A DNA stretch of 64,000 bases, taken from the NCBI GenBank assembly GCA_035527035.1, contig DATLBG010000129.1:6435-70434 (forward strand), in the 5' to 3' direction. A program made the translations under genes and the position numbers. Below are positions 8,314-19,314 of the stretch, one piece after another; position 1 is the stretch's first letter, and the number at the start of each line of letters is the position of its first letter. Under the pieces are notes generated by a model, which saw nothing but the letters and a program-made list of their open reading frames with translations, did no database searches and was not told the DNA's origin. The DNA is from Gemmatimonadaceae bacterium. Lineage in GTDB: Bacteria; Gemmatimonadota; Gemmatimonadetes; Gemmatimonadales; Gemmatimonadaceae.

Positions 8314-10254
8314 ATGACACCTGCGCGTGCCGCAAGTATTCCATACCGACGTTTACACCTTCGGAATCGGCATCTCTTTGCCAGCGATCTCGTCAGTCTC
8401 GTTCTGGCTTCCCTGCTCGCATTCCTTGTCAGATTCGAACAGCTCCAATGGCTCTCGGCTAATAGCTGGCTGATAGCAGCGTACATCGGCATCGCCGTGC
8501 CGCTGCGCCTCGGACTGTTTCACGCGCTCGGCCTCTACAGGCGGCTTTGGCGCCATGCCAGCGTCGGGGAGCTACGCACGCTGGTGCTGGCCGGATTCGC
8601 CGGTGGCGTCATATGCGCGGTCGTCGGGATCTTCCTGCTTCCCTCGTTCGGCATCACCTCGAGCCGCGTCCCGATCTCCGTGGTTTTTATGGACGCCATG
8701 CTCGCCTGCGGCCTGGTCGCGCTGCCGCGGCTGCTCGCGCGCGCAGGCCGTTGGGGGCACCCGCAACGGCGGAGCGAGGACCACGCGAAGCGAACGCTGA
8801 TAGCGGGCGCAGGAACTTCCGGGAAGCAGGTCGCGAAAGAGCTGTGCAGAAACAGCCGCCTCGGCATGATGCCGGTCGGGTTCGTTGACGACGACCGGGC
8901 GAAGCATGGCCACATGCTGTACGATCTCCCCGTGCTGGGCTCGCTGGCCGACATAAGAAAGCTGGTCCCCATGCATGACATCGCCGAGATCGTCATCGCG
9001 ATGCCGTCGGCTTCAGGAACCGTCGTGCGCCAGGTGGTGCGAGCAGCGCTGGACACCGGGATTTCTACCCTGACCGTCCCAAGCCTGCCGGAGATCATCT
9101 CGCAAAAGGGTGGCGGTGCGTCCCTTCGCGAGGTGGAGATTCAGGACCTTCTGCGTCGTGAGCTGGTCGAGACGGACATGGCCTCGGTTGCCGCGCTGGC
9201 CACGGGCGAGACGGTGCTGATTACGGGCGCCGGCGGCTCGATCGGCAGCGAGCTCTGCCGCCAACTGGGAAGGCTGGCGCCCACCCGGCTCATCGTGCTC
9301 GGCCACGGCGAAAATTCCATCTTCGATGTGTACCACGAGCTCCGCGAAAGTTTCCCCCACGTGGAGATCGTTCCCGTCATCGCGGACGTCCGCGATCGCG
9401 ACCGGATGCTGAAGGTGCTCGCGCTGCACCGGCCTCACGCAGTCTTCCACGCCGCGGCCCATAAGCACGTCCCGCTCATGGAAGACAACGTGGTCGAAGC
9501 GGTCACCAACAACGTCACTGGAACGCGCAATACCGTAGACGCAGCGCTGGCAGCCGGTGTCTCCCGGTTCGTATTTATCTCCACGGACAAGGCCGTGCGG
9601 CCCACAAGCGTCATGGGCGCGTCCAAGCGTATTGCCGAGCAGATCGTCCAGCACGCGGCAACCAAGCACGATCAAAACTTCGTGTCAGTGCGGTTCGGCA
9701 ATGTGCTTGGAAGCCGTGGCAGCGTCGTGCCGAGCTTCATGCGCCAGATCCGCGCGGGCGGACCGGTGACGGTGACGCACCCCGAGATGCAGCGCTTCTT
9801 CATGACGATCCCGGAGGCCGTCCAGCTCGTCCTCCAGGCAGGAGCCCTCGGCCGCGGCGGCGAAGTGTTCGTGCTCGACATGGGCGAGCCAGTGAAAGTG
9901 GTCGATCTCGCCACGGACCTCATACGGCTGTCGGGCCTGGAGCCGGGACAGGATATCAAGATTCAGTTCACCGGAATTCGCCCCGGGGAGAAGCTGTACG
10001 AGGAGATGTTTTTCAGCGCGGAAAACGTGATTCCCACCGATCACCCGAAGGTGCTTCGAGCGCGCAACGGCCTGCTTGCCGAGGGCACCATGAGGAAAAT
10101 CGAGGCGCTCGCGAAGGGGGCGGTCGCTGGCAGGGAGGATGACGAGCTTCGGGCGCTGCTGCGTGAGCTGGTGCCGGATTTCCAACCGCACGATCCGCCG
10201 ACCCGACGCGACGCCGCGGCGACGGATCGGGAGTTTATCGCCTCGATCGCTTAG
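8314..10254 (+). CDS. Membrane-anchored polysaccharide biosynthesis protein CapD/WbpM/PglF family (nucleotide-sugar 4,6-dehydratase)
   Basis: N-terminal TM helices, then a first Rossmann segment LIAGAGTSGKQV and an SDR-extended domain VLITGAGGSIGSEL...STDKAV...ASKR. Confidence 0.85.
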   Translation: MTPARAASIPYRRLHLRNRHLFASDLVSLVLASLLAFLVRFEQLQWLSANSWLIAAYIGIAVPLRLGLFHALGLYRRLWRHASVGELRTLVLAGFAGGVICAVVGIFLLPSFGITSSRVPISVVFMDAMLACGLVALPRLLARAGRWGHPQRRSEDHAKRTLIAGAGTSGKQVAKELCRNSRLGMMPVGFVDDDRAKHGHMLYDLPVLGSLADIRKLVPMHDIAEIVIAMPSASGTVVRQVVRAALDTGISTLTVPSLPEIISQKGGGASLREVEIQDLLRRELVETDMASVAALATGETVLITGAGGSIGSELCRQLGRLAPTRLIVLGHGENSIFDVYHELRESFPHVEIVPVIADVRDRDRMLKVLALHRPHAVFHAAAHKHVPLMEDNVVEAVTNNVTGTRNTVDAALAAGVSRFVFISTDKAVRPTSVMGASKRIAEQIVQHAATKHDQNFVSVRFGNVLGSRGSVVPSFMRQIRAGGPVTVTHPEMQRFFMTIPEAVQLVLQAGALGRGGEVFVLDMGEPVKVVDLATDLIRLSGLEPGQDIKIQFTGIRPGEKLYEEMFFSAENVIPTDHPKVLRARNGLLAEGTMRKIEALAKGAVAGREDDELRALLRELVPDFQPHDPPTRRDAAATDREFIASIA

Positions 10255-10263
10255 CCGCTCCGT

Positions 10264-11601
10264 TCACCAGACGTCCGCCGCCCCGCTTACGGCAAGGCCC
10301 TGGCTACGCAGCTTGGCAACAAGCCCGCGGCCGACGCGCGCCCTCAGGACCAGCTCTTCGCCGTCGTGGGTCTGCTCGACCACCTCCCCTTCGCGATGCA
10401 CTTCCGCAAGCAGCCGGCCGTCGCTTGCCGGCATGCGGATCTCCACGATCGGCCTCTGTCTGCGAAGGCATCCGAGCAGCGATCTCCTGAGCGGCTCGAG
10501 CCCGTTCTCGGCCCAGGCTGAGACGAATACCGCGCTCGGCATTTCCTCGCGCACCCGGTCCTGCAGCGCCACCAGCTCCTCGGGTGTCAGCTGGTCAATC
10601 TTGTTGAACACGTGGATAACCGGCTTGTCGTGAGCCTCGATCTCTACCAGCACCTCGTTCACAACAGCAAGCTGCTCCTCCCACTGCGGATGGTTCGCAT
10701 CGATCACGTGCAGCAGCTGGTCGGCCTCCCGCACTTCAGAAAGTGTCGCGCGGAACGAGGCAACCAGGTCGTGCGGGAGCTTCCGGATGAACCCCACGGT
10801 ATCGGTCAGTACCACCGGGTAGTTCTCGCCGATGTCCACGTCACGGGTGAGCGGGTCCAGCGTCGCGAACAGCCGGTCTTCGACGAAGACATCGGGTGAC
10901 CCCGACAGCCCCCGCAGAACAGAAGACTTTCCGGCGTTGGTGTAGCCGACGAGGCTGGCGCGGAACGTGTCGCGTCTGCCGGAGCGCTGCACTTCGCGCG
11001 TCCGCTCGACTTCCTCGAGCCGCTGTCGAAGCGTCTTGATCCGCTGGTTGATGAGCCGGCGATCCGTCTCGAGCTGTGTCTCACCCGGCCCCCGCATGCC
11101 GATGCCGCCCTTGAACCGCTCGAGGTGGGCCCACATCCGCGTGAGTCGCGGTAGCATGTATTGGAGCTGCGCCAGCTCGACCTGGAGTTTGGCTTCGTTA
11201 GAGCGCGCCCGCGTCGCGAAGATGTCGAGAATGAGCTCTGCCCGGTCCATCACGCGGCGACCCGTCGCGTCCTCGACGTTCTTTCCCTGAGCCGGCGTCA
11301 GCTCGTCGTCGAACACGATGAGCGTGGCGCCGCTCTCCGTCACGCGGTGCGTCAGCTCCTGGATCTTCCCCTTGCCGAGGTACGTCGCTGGGTTGGGCCG
11401 GTCGAGCTGCTGCGTCAGCGTGCCGACCACCTTACCGCCGGCGGTATCAACGAGCTGCTCGAGCTCCTCGAGGTGCTCGTCCATCGTTCGGCCACGAGCC
11501 CCCGCGGAAACCCCCGCACCGCCCGACCGCTTGAGCGGGGCGCCGACTAGCAGCACTCGCTCCGTCGGCGACGACAGCTCGATCAGATCGCGCGCCATCA
11601 A
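10264..11601 (-). CDS. hflX: GTPase HflX
   Basis: HflX N-domain, then G motifs LVGYTNAGKSSVL, FATLDP, DTVGFI and NKID. Confidence 0.9.
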   Translation of the reverse strand: MMARDLIELSSPTERVLLVGAPLKRSGGAGVSAGARGRTMDEHLEELEQLVDTAGGKVVGTLTQQLDRPNPATYLGKGKIQELTHRVTESGATLIVFDDELTPAQGKNVEDATGRRVMDRAELILDIFATRARSNEAKLQVELAQLQYMLPRLTRMWAHLERFKGGIGMRGPGETQLETDRRLINQRIKTLRQRLEEVERTREVQRSGRRDTFRASLVGYTNAGKSSVLRGLSGSPDVFVEDRLFATLDPLTRDVDIGENYPVVLTDTVGFIRKLPHDLVASFRATLSEVREADQLLHVIDANHPQWEEQLAVVNEVLVEIEAHDKPVIHVFNKIDQLTPEELVALQDRVREEMPSAVFVSAWAENGLEPLRRSLLGCLRRQRPIVEIRMPASDGRLLAEVHREGEVVEQTHDGEELVLRARVGRGLVAKLRSQGLAVSGAADVW

Positions 11602-11880
11602 GAGCCCCGCGGGCTGACGATGTGCGACCGCGTCCTAGCGAACGCGTAGGACGTATATTTGTTGAGCGCGTACGGCGTTAAAACTGTATGCGCTTGCAGA
11701 AGGTACGACATTAGCTTCGCCGCCTATGTGCCGCTCTGGCCCCGTGCTGAAACTCGTACGTGTCAGTTACCCCCGACACCGCTCCAACCGCCGTCGCGAT
11801 CCCAGTTTTGACTTGTCGCTCGAGGATACATCGATCGACTCCCCTTCCGGCCGCCCGGCATCAATGACGATCTCCAACTA

Positions 11881-13113
11881 GTGGCGGGCCTTGGAAGCGC
11901 GGAATCTACGCGCGTGAGCCACCCGGTCATCAATTGGGCTTCCATCGACAGGATTAAGGTTGGTGCCGAGGCCTCGATTTGCATAAAGGTATCACCGGAA
12001 CTGATAGCGGCGACGGCCGGGGTCACGGGCGATTTCAATCCGCTGCACGTCGATGCGGATGCGGCCCTCATGCTAGGACACTCGCGCCCGGTGGCGCACG
12101 GAGTCGTTCTGCTCGGCGTAATCTCCCGTTTGATCGGGATGCAGCTCCCGGGGCCCGGCTCCGTCTGGTTTGCGAACGAGGTGGAATTCCTCGCCCCCGT
12201 TCATCCAGGAGATGAAGTTGAGATTCGGGCAAAAGTTGTCCGCGTGTCCGCGGCCTCAAATGTTGTCGTGCTCGAGCTCAGCGGCCGCCGCCTGCCTAAC
12301 ACCGAAGTTCTCCGCGGCACCGCGAAGGTGCGAGTGCCCAGCATGATCTTTCATCGGGACGCAAACATGGATGATTCTCAGAAAGTTGCGCTGGTAAGCG
12401 GTGCGAGCAGAGGCGTCGGCCGCGCAATCGCGACGGCACTGGCCGCGGACGGCATTGCGGTGGCGGTCAACTACCGAAACGACTCCGGCGGCGCCGATGA
12501 GACCGTGGCTCAGATCAAGAGCGCCGGCGGCCAAGCCGTTGCAATACGAGGTGACGTCGCCCGAGCCGAGGGTGCCAAGGAAGCGTACGAGGGCACCATG
12601 AAGGAATTCGGACGAATAGACATCATCGTCCACAATGCGACCCCTCCGATCGAGGGGCGCGCCTACCTCGAAACGACTTCTGCGCAGTTTCGGGAATTCT
12701 TCGACACGTACGTTGTTGGACTGCACGAGCTCGTGCTCCTGGCCGCGCCGCAGATGCGTGAGCGCAAAGCCGGCCGCATCATCGCGCTGCTGTCGTCGTT
12801 CATCGCGGAAGTTCCGCCGAAGTTCTCCGCGTACATCACCGGCAAGCACGCGCTGGAAGGGTTCTGCCGATCGCTCGCCGTCGAGCTCGGGCCGTCCGGG
12901 ATCACGGTTAACGCCGTGTCGCCATCGGTTCTCATCGGTCCGACGACCGACGACATCGGAATCATCGGTCGCGAGGTGATCGCCAGAAAGACTCCGCTGC
13001 GCCGCATCGGCCACCCTGACGACGTCGCGAAGATCGTTGTCTTCCTGGCCGGGAACGACGCGAGCTTTATCTCGGGAGCCAACGTTCCCGTGTCGGGCGG
13101 AATTCTCTTTTAG
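11881..13113 (+). CDS. Fusion of a MaoC-like (R)-hydratase/dehydratase hot-dog domain and an SDR (FabG-like) reductase
   Basis: N-terminal half has VTGDFNPLHVDADAA...HG (MaoC signature). C-terminal half has ALVSGASRGVGRAIA...NAT...YITGKHA...SGGIL (classical SDR TGxxxGxG and YxxxK). GTG start as given by the ORF track. Confidence 0.8.
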   Translation: MAGLGSAESTRVSHPVINWASIDRIKVGAEASICIKVSPELIAATAGVTGDFNPLHVDADAALMLGHSRPVAHGVVLLGVISRLIGMQLPGPGSVWFANEVEFLAPVHPGDEVEIRAKVVRVSAASNVVVLELSGRRLPNTEVLRGTAKVRVPSMIFHRDANMDDSQKVALVSGASRGVGRAIATALAADGIAVAVNYRNDSGGADETVAQIKSAGGQAVAIRGDVARAEGAKEAYEGTMKEFGRIDIIVHNATPPIEGRAYLETTSAQFREFFDTYVVGLHELVLLAAPQMRERKAGRIIALLSSFIAEVPPKFSAYITGKHALEGFCRSLAVELGPSGITVNAVSPSVLIGPTTDDIGIIGREVIARKTPLRRIGHPDDVAKIVVFLAGNDASFISGANVPVSGGILF

Positions 13114-13149
13114 CGCTTGCAAGCGATACGACACGCCGGCCCTGGCTCC

Positions 13150-13398
13150 TCAGGTCGGCGAGCCCCCGCCCATGCGATTCTCCACAACCCGACCGACCAG
13201 CCCCACGGACAGCATGTTGTTCACGTCGTCGTCCGACAGCGTGATACCGAACTCGCTTTCGAGCGCGAGCACCAGGTTCACATGCGACAACGAATCCCAG
13301 GCGTCGATGGTGTCCGGACCGTCCTCGTCCGACAGCGAATCGACCGGCGTGCCGAATGCAGAGGAGAGAATCTTGTAAACGCGCTCTTTAGTCGTCAG
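13150..13398 (-). CDS. Acyl carrier protein
   Basis: ERVYKILSSAFGTPVDSLSDEDGPDTIDAWDSLSHVNLVLALESEFGI contains the DSLS phosphopantetheine-attachment motif in a helix-bundle-sized protein. The start is uncertain. The tracked ORF reaches 13497, but that would overlap the FkbH gene. The CTG at 13398 or the ATG at 13461 are alternatives. Confidence 0.7.
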   Translation of the reverse strand: MTTKERVYKILSSAFGTPVDSLSDEDGPDTIDAWDSLSHVNLVLALESEFGITLSDDDVNNMLSVGLVGRVVENRMGGGSPT

Positions 13399-15205
13399 GG
13401 TCGTACTCCAGTGTGAGTTCGATGTGATCCGGCCGCTGCGGGCCGTCCTTGGCGAGATCATACACCCACAGGGCGCCGGAGTCATCCATGCTCGCAAAAC
13501 CGTGGTCGCGGTAAACGGTTCGGGCCGGCTCGTTGCGCGGCGTGTGAATGAACTCGCCCATCAGGCGTCGGCCACCCGATCTTCGGGCCAGCCTCGCGGT
13601 CTCGTGCAGTAGCACTGACTCGGCACCGCGCCCGATCACCCGGCAGCTCAAAAGTAGCACGTCGAGGAGCCAATCGCCCGGGTTGGACGTCGGCACGGCG
13701 ATCGCTACGCCGACAAGTCCGGAGTCTCCGAACCGGTCGCTCACACGAATCCACAACCCAATGCCTCCCCGCGCAAGCAGTCCCTCGATTTCCGCTTGAC
13801 TGTACCTCCGAGTGGTTGTGTTGAATTGGTTCGTCTTTCCAATGAGTTGTGTAACCCGCGGAAGCGTATCGCCACCAATCGTCCCGATGCGCACCTTGAT
13901 CCCCAAGTCCCGAAGGAAGGCGTCGGATGACGGCAGCTCCTCCCTCAGGCGCTTTCGCTTCGTCTCATCGCGGTACATGCTCGCCCGCTTCTGGTCCTCG
14001 GGGGAGATCTGCAGGCTATCGAAGGCCTCCGAATTCTCAAGCGCTTCGATATAGGCCAGAGGATCCGCCGGCACGTCGATGACCAATGTTTCAGGAAGCT
14101 GGGTTCGGACCCACTCGCGCTCCACGGCGCTGTCGTCGAAGAAAGCGACCGCGTCAAGCCCGATTGACAAGTCGCGGGCGATGTTCCGAATCGAGGTCGC
14201 CTTGTCCCCCCAACCGATCTCGACCGCGGAAAATAGATCCGGCCGCAGGAGACAATCAGGATGCTCGGCCAGCGCGCGAATGGCGTCGTCACGATCGTTC
14301 TTGCTTGACACGGCAAGCAGGACGCCCCGATCCCGTAACCCTACGAGGTGCTGCTGAAACGAGCGAAAGATGGTTCCCGGATGATCGTGTCCCATCCTGA
14401 TACCACCGAAACCATCTTCGCCGAGTACGCCACCCCACAGAGTATTGTCGAGGTCCACGACGAGACATTTCCGCGCGGGCCGAAGGAGTGCAGCGATGTA
14501 GCGTGCCACGAGGGCCCCGATTCCTGCGAGCCCTTCGCTCCCGAATGGCAGCCGCGCCCGCAGCCACATGCGGCGATCCCTGATCCGGTCCGCGCCGCGT
14601 CGAGCCACGAACCCGGCAAAGTCCACGACATGGCAATCGGAAACTCCACGCACCGCGTAGGCCAGCTTCGCGTTGAGCTCCGCGACCGCGGACGCCTGCG
14701 ACGGATCGAGAACGGGCGCTGCCAGTCCGCCCGCCGAGCCGTCGATAACCGCGAAGTTCAAAATGAATATTGCGGCGCTGGTGCGGCTCCGTAGGCCTTC
14801 GACGAGCTCCCTTGCACGGACAGTCACCGCGTCAATCTCCGCAGCAACCTCCTCCTGCCTCAGCGCCGCAAACCGGTAACAGAGGGATTCGCTCAGGTCC
14901 TCCAGGAGCGCCGCAATAACGATGACCTCCGGCTGACCGGAAAAAAGCTCGCTACGCTCATTGAATGCCTGTAACTCAAGCTGGTTGAAGGGCGCGAATG
15001 CCGGTATTACCCGGAGGTCTCGGGCGGCGCCTTCCACGATGAGGTACGGTGCGAGCGGCGCAGCGGTGAAAGTGGAGAGCACCGCGACCCGTAAGACCTC
15101 GCTTGACGCGTCCGCGTCGGCCCCGAGCGTTCTGGCCAGCTCCAACACCGCGCCCACGTCGCCCCTCGCTGCTCGAGCCTTATCCCGCAGCGACCCGCTA
15201 GCCAT
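13388..15205 (-). CDS. FkbH-like HAD-superfamily IIIC protein with a C-terminal GNAT-like domain
   Basis: Central LVVDLDNTLWGGVLGEDG (HAD-IIIC/FkbH motif I), SSKN, and a C-terminal acyltransferase-like fold ...LLLSCRVIGRGAES. Immediately upstream of the ACP gene. Confidence 0.75.
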   Translation of the reverse strand: MASGSLRDKARAARGDVGAVLELARTLGADADASSEVLRVAVLSTFTAAPLAPYLIVEGAARDLRVIPAFAPFNQLELQAFNERSELFSGQPEVIVIAALLEDLSESLCYRFAALRQEEVAAEIDAVTVRARELVEGLRSRTSAAIFILNFAVIDGSAGGLAAPVLDPSQASAVAELNAKLAYAVRGVSDCHVVDFAGFVARRGADRIRDRRMWLRARLPFGSEGLAGIGALVARYIAALLRPARKCLVVDLDNTLWGGVLGEDGFGGIRMGHDHPGTIFRSFQQHLVGLRDRGVLLAVSSKNDRDDAIRALAEHPDCLLRPDLFSAVEIGWGDKATSIRNIARDLSIGLDAVAFFDDSAVEREWVRTQLPETLVIDVPADPLAYIEALENSEAFDSLQISPEDQKRASMYRDETKRKRLREELPSSDAFLRDLGIKVRIGTIGGDTLPRVTQLIGKTNQFNTTTRRYSQAEIEGLLARGGIGLWIRVSDRFGDSGLVGVAIAVPTSNPGDWLLDVLLLSCRVIGRGAESVLLHETARLARRSGGRRLMGEFIHTPRNEPARTVYRDHGFASMDDSGALWVYDLAKDGPQRPDHIELTLEYDPDD

Positions 15206-15803
15206 GTCTCGGCCTGGCCTTCATCTCACGCCACTCGTGAACCAGCAGCCCCCACCTATACCCGTCGACGTACGCGTCCCCGAGTCGCATAGCCTCGCGC
15301 AGCCGCCCTTCCAGAGTGAAACCGGTTTTTCGAAAGGTAAAGTTCATTCCCATGTTCTTCGCTGAGCTCCCCCCGGTGATGCGTCGCAACCCCAGCCGCT
15401 CAAAGGCGAACTCCGTGAGAAGCGCGATGGCCTCCTCGGACGCACCCGTCCCCCAGTAATCCTTCTCTCCGATCAGCAGGCCGAACTCGGCTGAACCGTT
15501 GTAGCGATGGATATCGTACAGCGTACAAGTTCCGATGGACTCGCCGGCAGCGCGGGGGACTATCGCCCACATGTATTTCTCCACGGGGCCCTCGAACGAT
15601 TCCACGAACGCCGTGACTGTGTCCCGCGACTGCGGCTGATATCGGGGACGGTCGAGGAAGCGAACGATCTCGGGGTCGCACAGCCAGGAGATGTAGCGGT
15701 CGTTGATCATCGCCTTGTCAAACGGGACAAGCGACAGAGTGGGGCCGTCTAGCCGCTCGCGATTGTTGTCAGTGCTTGACATGCTATAGGATAAAGACTT
15801 CAC
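15198..15803 (-). CDS. GNAT-family N-acyltransferase (RimJ/RimL-like)
   Basis: FGLLIGEKDYWGTGASEEAIALLTEFAFERLGLRRI...N, GNAT motif A. 8-nt overlap with the FkbH-like gene. The start is the GTG at 15803 or the ATG at 15782. Confidence 0.75.
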   Translation of the reverse strand: MKSLSYSMSSTDNNRERLDGPTLSLVPFDKAMINDRYISWLCDPEIVRFLDRPRYQPQSRDTVTAFVESFEGPVEKYMWAIVPRAAGESIGTCTLYDIHRYNGSAEFGLLIGEKDYWGTGASEEAIALLTEFAFERLGLRRITGGSSAKNMGMNFTFRKTGFTLEGRLREAMRLGDAYVDGYRWGLLVHEWREMKARPRHG

Positions 15804-15961
15804 CGCTTCGCGGGCAATCGGCGCCGTTGACGTGAACGCAAGCTCACAACGACGTCTGCCGTCCGAAGAGAGGCCAGACGGTGACTTGATCGCCGCGCGC
15901 CCTCTCGAGCAGAGCTCCCTCAGACCGCCGATGCGTTGCCTCTATAAAGACAACGCCTAGG

Positions 15962-16446
15962 CTACTGCCTGCTCGCGCCGCCGAAGGCGGAAAACCTGCC
16001 GTGGCCGGTGTACGGGCGCGTGAAGCTGCCGATCGGGGTCGCGACCGTCACGTCGCCCGTCACGGTGTACGGCACCGATCCGCTCTGCATCATCTGCCGC
16101 GCGGCCGAGCCGATTCCAGAGTACGTGAAGTCGATCGGAATCCGCACCTCGGTGGAGTCGCCGCGCTGCACTGTGAAGCGCGAGTCCAGCGCGCCCAAGC
16201 CGACCTGCGTCTCGCCGACGAGCAGACGGTATGTCAAGCGCGTCGCGTCGAGCCTGAACTGGTTCGGGTTATAGACGTTGAGATACACGTCGAGCGAGCC
16301 GCCGCTCAACCCGAGGCCGCGCACTCGCAGATCCTTGAAGTTGACGACCGGCTCCTGAAAGATCCCGCGTCCGAGACTGGCGCACGCGCTCACCGCTACC
16401 AGCGCGAACAGCGCGAATATCGCAACCGCAAACTTTGACCTGCGCA

Positions 16447-16450
<4 letters not shown>
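15962..16450 (-). CDS. LEA type-2 (WHy/NDR1-HIN1-like) family lipoprotein
   Basis: Signal peptide plus lipobox (LVAVSAC), then VNFKDLRVRGLGLSGGSLDVYLNVYNPNQF...L.YRL, typical of LEA_2. Confidence 0.65.
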
Positions 16451-17967
<1,517 letters not shown>

Positions 17968-17990
17968 TCAGCTGCTCCGGGAGCTCACTC

Positions 17991-18713
17991 TCACCCTGGA
18001 AGCACCTGTCGCGCCAGCAGGTAGATCGCGCATCCGGAGAAAAACGCCACGGGCAGCTTCCACCCCGGCTTCGCCTGAAATTCCGGGACGAGGTTCGATG
18101 CCCCTACGTACAGCGTCACGCCGCCGGCGAGCGCAAGGCCATGTCTCGCGAGCGGAGCGATCAGCCCCGTGAACAGAACGCCGAGCACGGTAGCCGCGGC
18201 AAGCAGCACGGCGGCGGTGACGGCGCGCCTGCGGCCGGCGCCCGCGGCCAGGAACAGGCTCGAGATCGCTACTCCCTCGGGAATCTTGTGCAGGAGTATC
18301 GCGAAGAAGACGAGGATTCCGAGCGTGCTGCTGACCGCGAAGCCGCTCGCGATCGCGACGCCGTCGATGAAGGTGTGCAGTAGCAATCCGGCGAGCGCTG
18401 ACCACCCGACGGCGGCGGTCACCGCGTGCTTTTCTTCGCCGAAATGGAAGTGGGGCGCCAGCGTGTGCTGGGTGAGATGCACCAGTAAATAGCCCACCAG
18501 CACCATTAGCGCGGCGCGCGAGCCGCCTTCCTCGATGGCGTGAGGGATGAGGTCAAGCAGACCGACCGAGACCATGAAGCCCGCGGAAAATGCGAGCAGG
18601 GCGTCGAGCCCGCTCTCGCTCCACCGGGTTCGCGCGGTGACTGCGGCGGCGCCTATGATGTTGGCGGCGCCGGCGAGCACAGCGTAGCCTAGCGCTACGA
18701 GATCTATGTTCAC
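17991..18713 (-). CDS. ZIP-family divalent metal transporter (ZupT/GufA-like)
   Basis: Multi-TM protein with HKIPEGVAI and HxxxDG motifs. Start moved to the GTG at 18713 (VNIDLVALGY...). The long ORF extension to 19004 overlaps the next gene. Confidence 0.75.
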   Translation of the reverse strand: MNIDLVALGYAVLAGAANIIGAAAVTARTRWSESGLDALLAFSAGFMVSVGLLDLIPHAIEEGGSRAALMVLVGYLLVHLTQHTLAPHFHFGEEKHAVTAAVGWSALAGLLLHTFIDGVAIASGFAVSSTLGILVFFAILLHKIPEGVAISSLFLAAGAGRRRAVTAAVLLAAATVLGVLFTGLIAPLARHGLALAGGVTLYVGASNLVPEFQAKPGWKLPVAFFSGCAIYLLARQVLPG

Positions 18714-18727
18714 GCCGGGAGAACTAC

Positions 18728-18755
18728 TAACAGCCAATAGCCAATAGCCAATAGC
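18728..18755 (+). repeat. Tandem heptamer repeat TAACAGC (CAATAGC)x3
   Basis: Read directly. A low-GC island between the stop of the 175-aa ORF (18763) and the ZIP start (18713). Confidence 0.85.
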
Positions 18756-18762
18756 TCTGTCG

Positions 18763-19290
18763 TCAGGCCGGTGACAGCGAGAGACGCTCGGCCATCGCCA
18801 CGGTCGATTCCGAGAGCATCGGAGCCGGAGCGCGATCCCAAGACGGCGCCCTCCATGGCTTCTCGGCGAGCGCGCCGAACTCTTCGAGTCCGCGCGCCTG
18901 GAGGAAATAGGCCCAGCGGTCGGTGCGCGAATACGCGAACAGCTCGATCTGCGGCGTGAGAGTGAGCTGGTCTTCAAGCGTATACGCGCAGATCTCCACA
19001 CCACCGTACGTCGCGAGCGGAACCTTCAGTCGCGCGATGGCGTCGCGAAAATCCGGCAGGGCAATTCCTTCCCCGCTCCACACGCGGTCGGTGCGGCGAT
19101 CCTCTATCGTCACGTCGATGGCCGGCGGCAGGTGCTCGCTCAGCGTGTAGAACAGGTCCACGACGCGCTCCGCGTTCGCGGCCACGTGCGCCTCCCACAC
19201 GCCGTCCCGCTTCACGAATGTGAACCCGTCGGTCCCCGATCGGAACCGCTTCCATACAGTTGCGTCAGGCTGTCGCGTTCTGAAGATCAT
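18763..19290 (-). CDS. Hypothetical protein (175 aa)
   Basis: An ORF with coding-like composition that fits the spacing between neighbours. I recognise no motif. Confidence 0.5.
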   Translation of the reverse strand: MIFRTRQPDATVWKRFRSGTDGFTFVKRDGVWEAHVAANAERVVDLFYTLSEHLPPAIDVTIEDRRTDRVWSGEGIALPDFRDAIARLKVPLATYGGVEICAYTLEDQLTLTPQIELFAYSRTDRWAYFLQARGLEEFGALAEKPWRAPSWDRAPAPMLSESTVAMAERLSLSPA

Positions 19291-19314
19291 TTCTTCGTTC
19301 GTCTCGCTGCGGAC

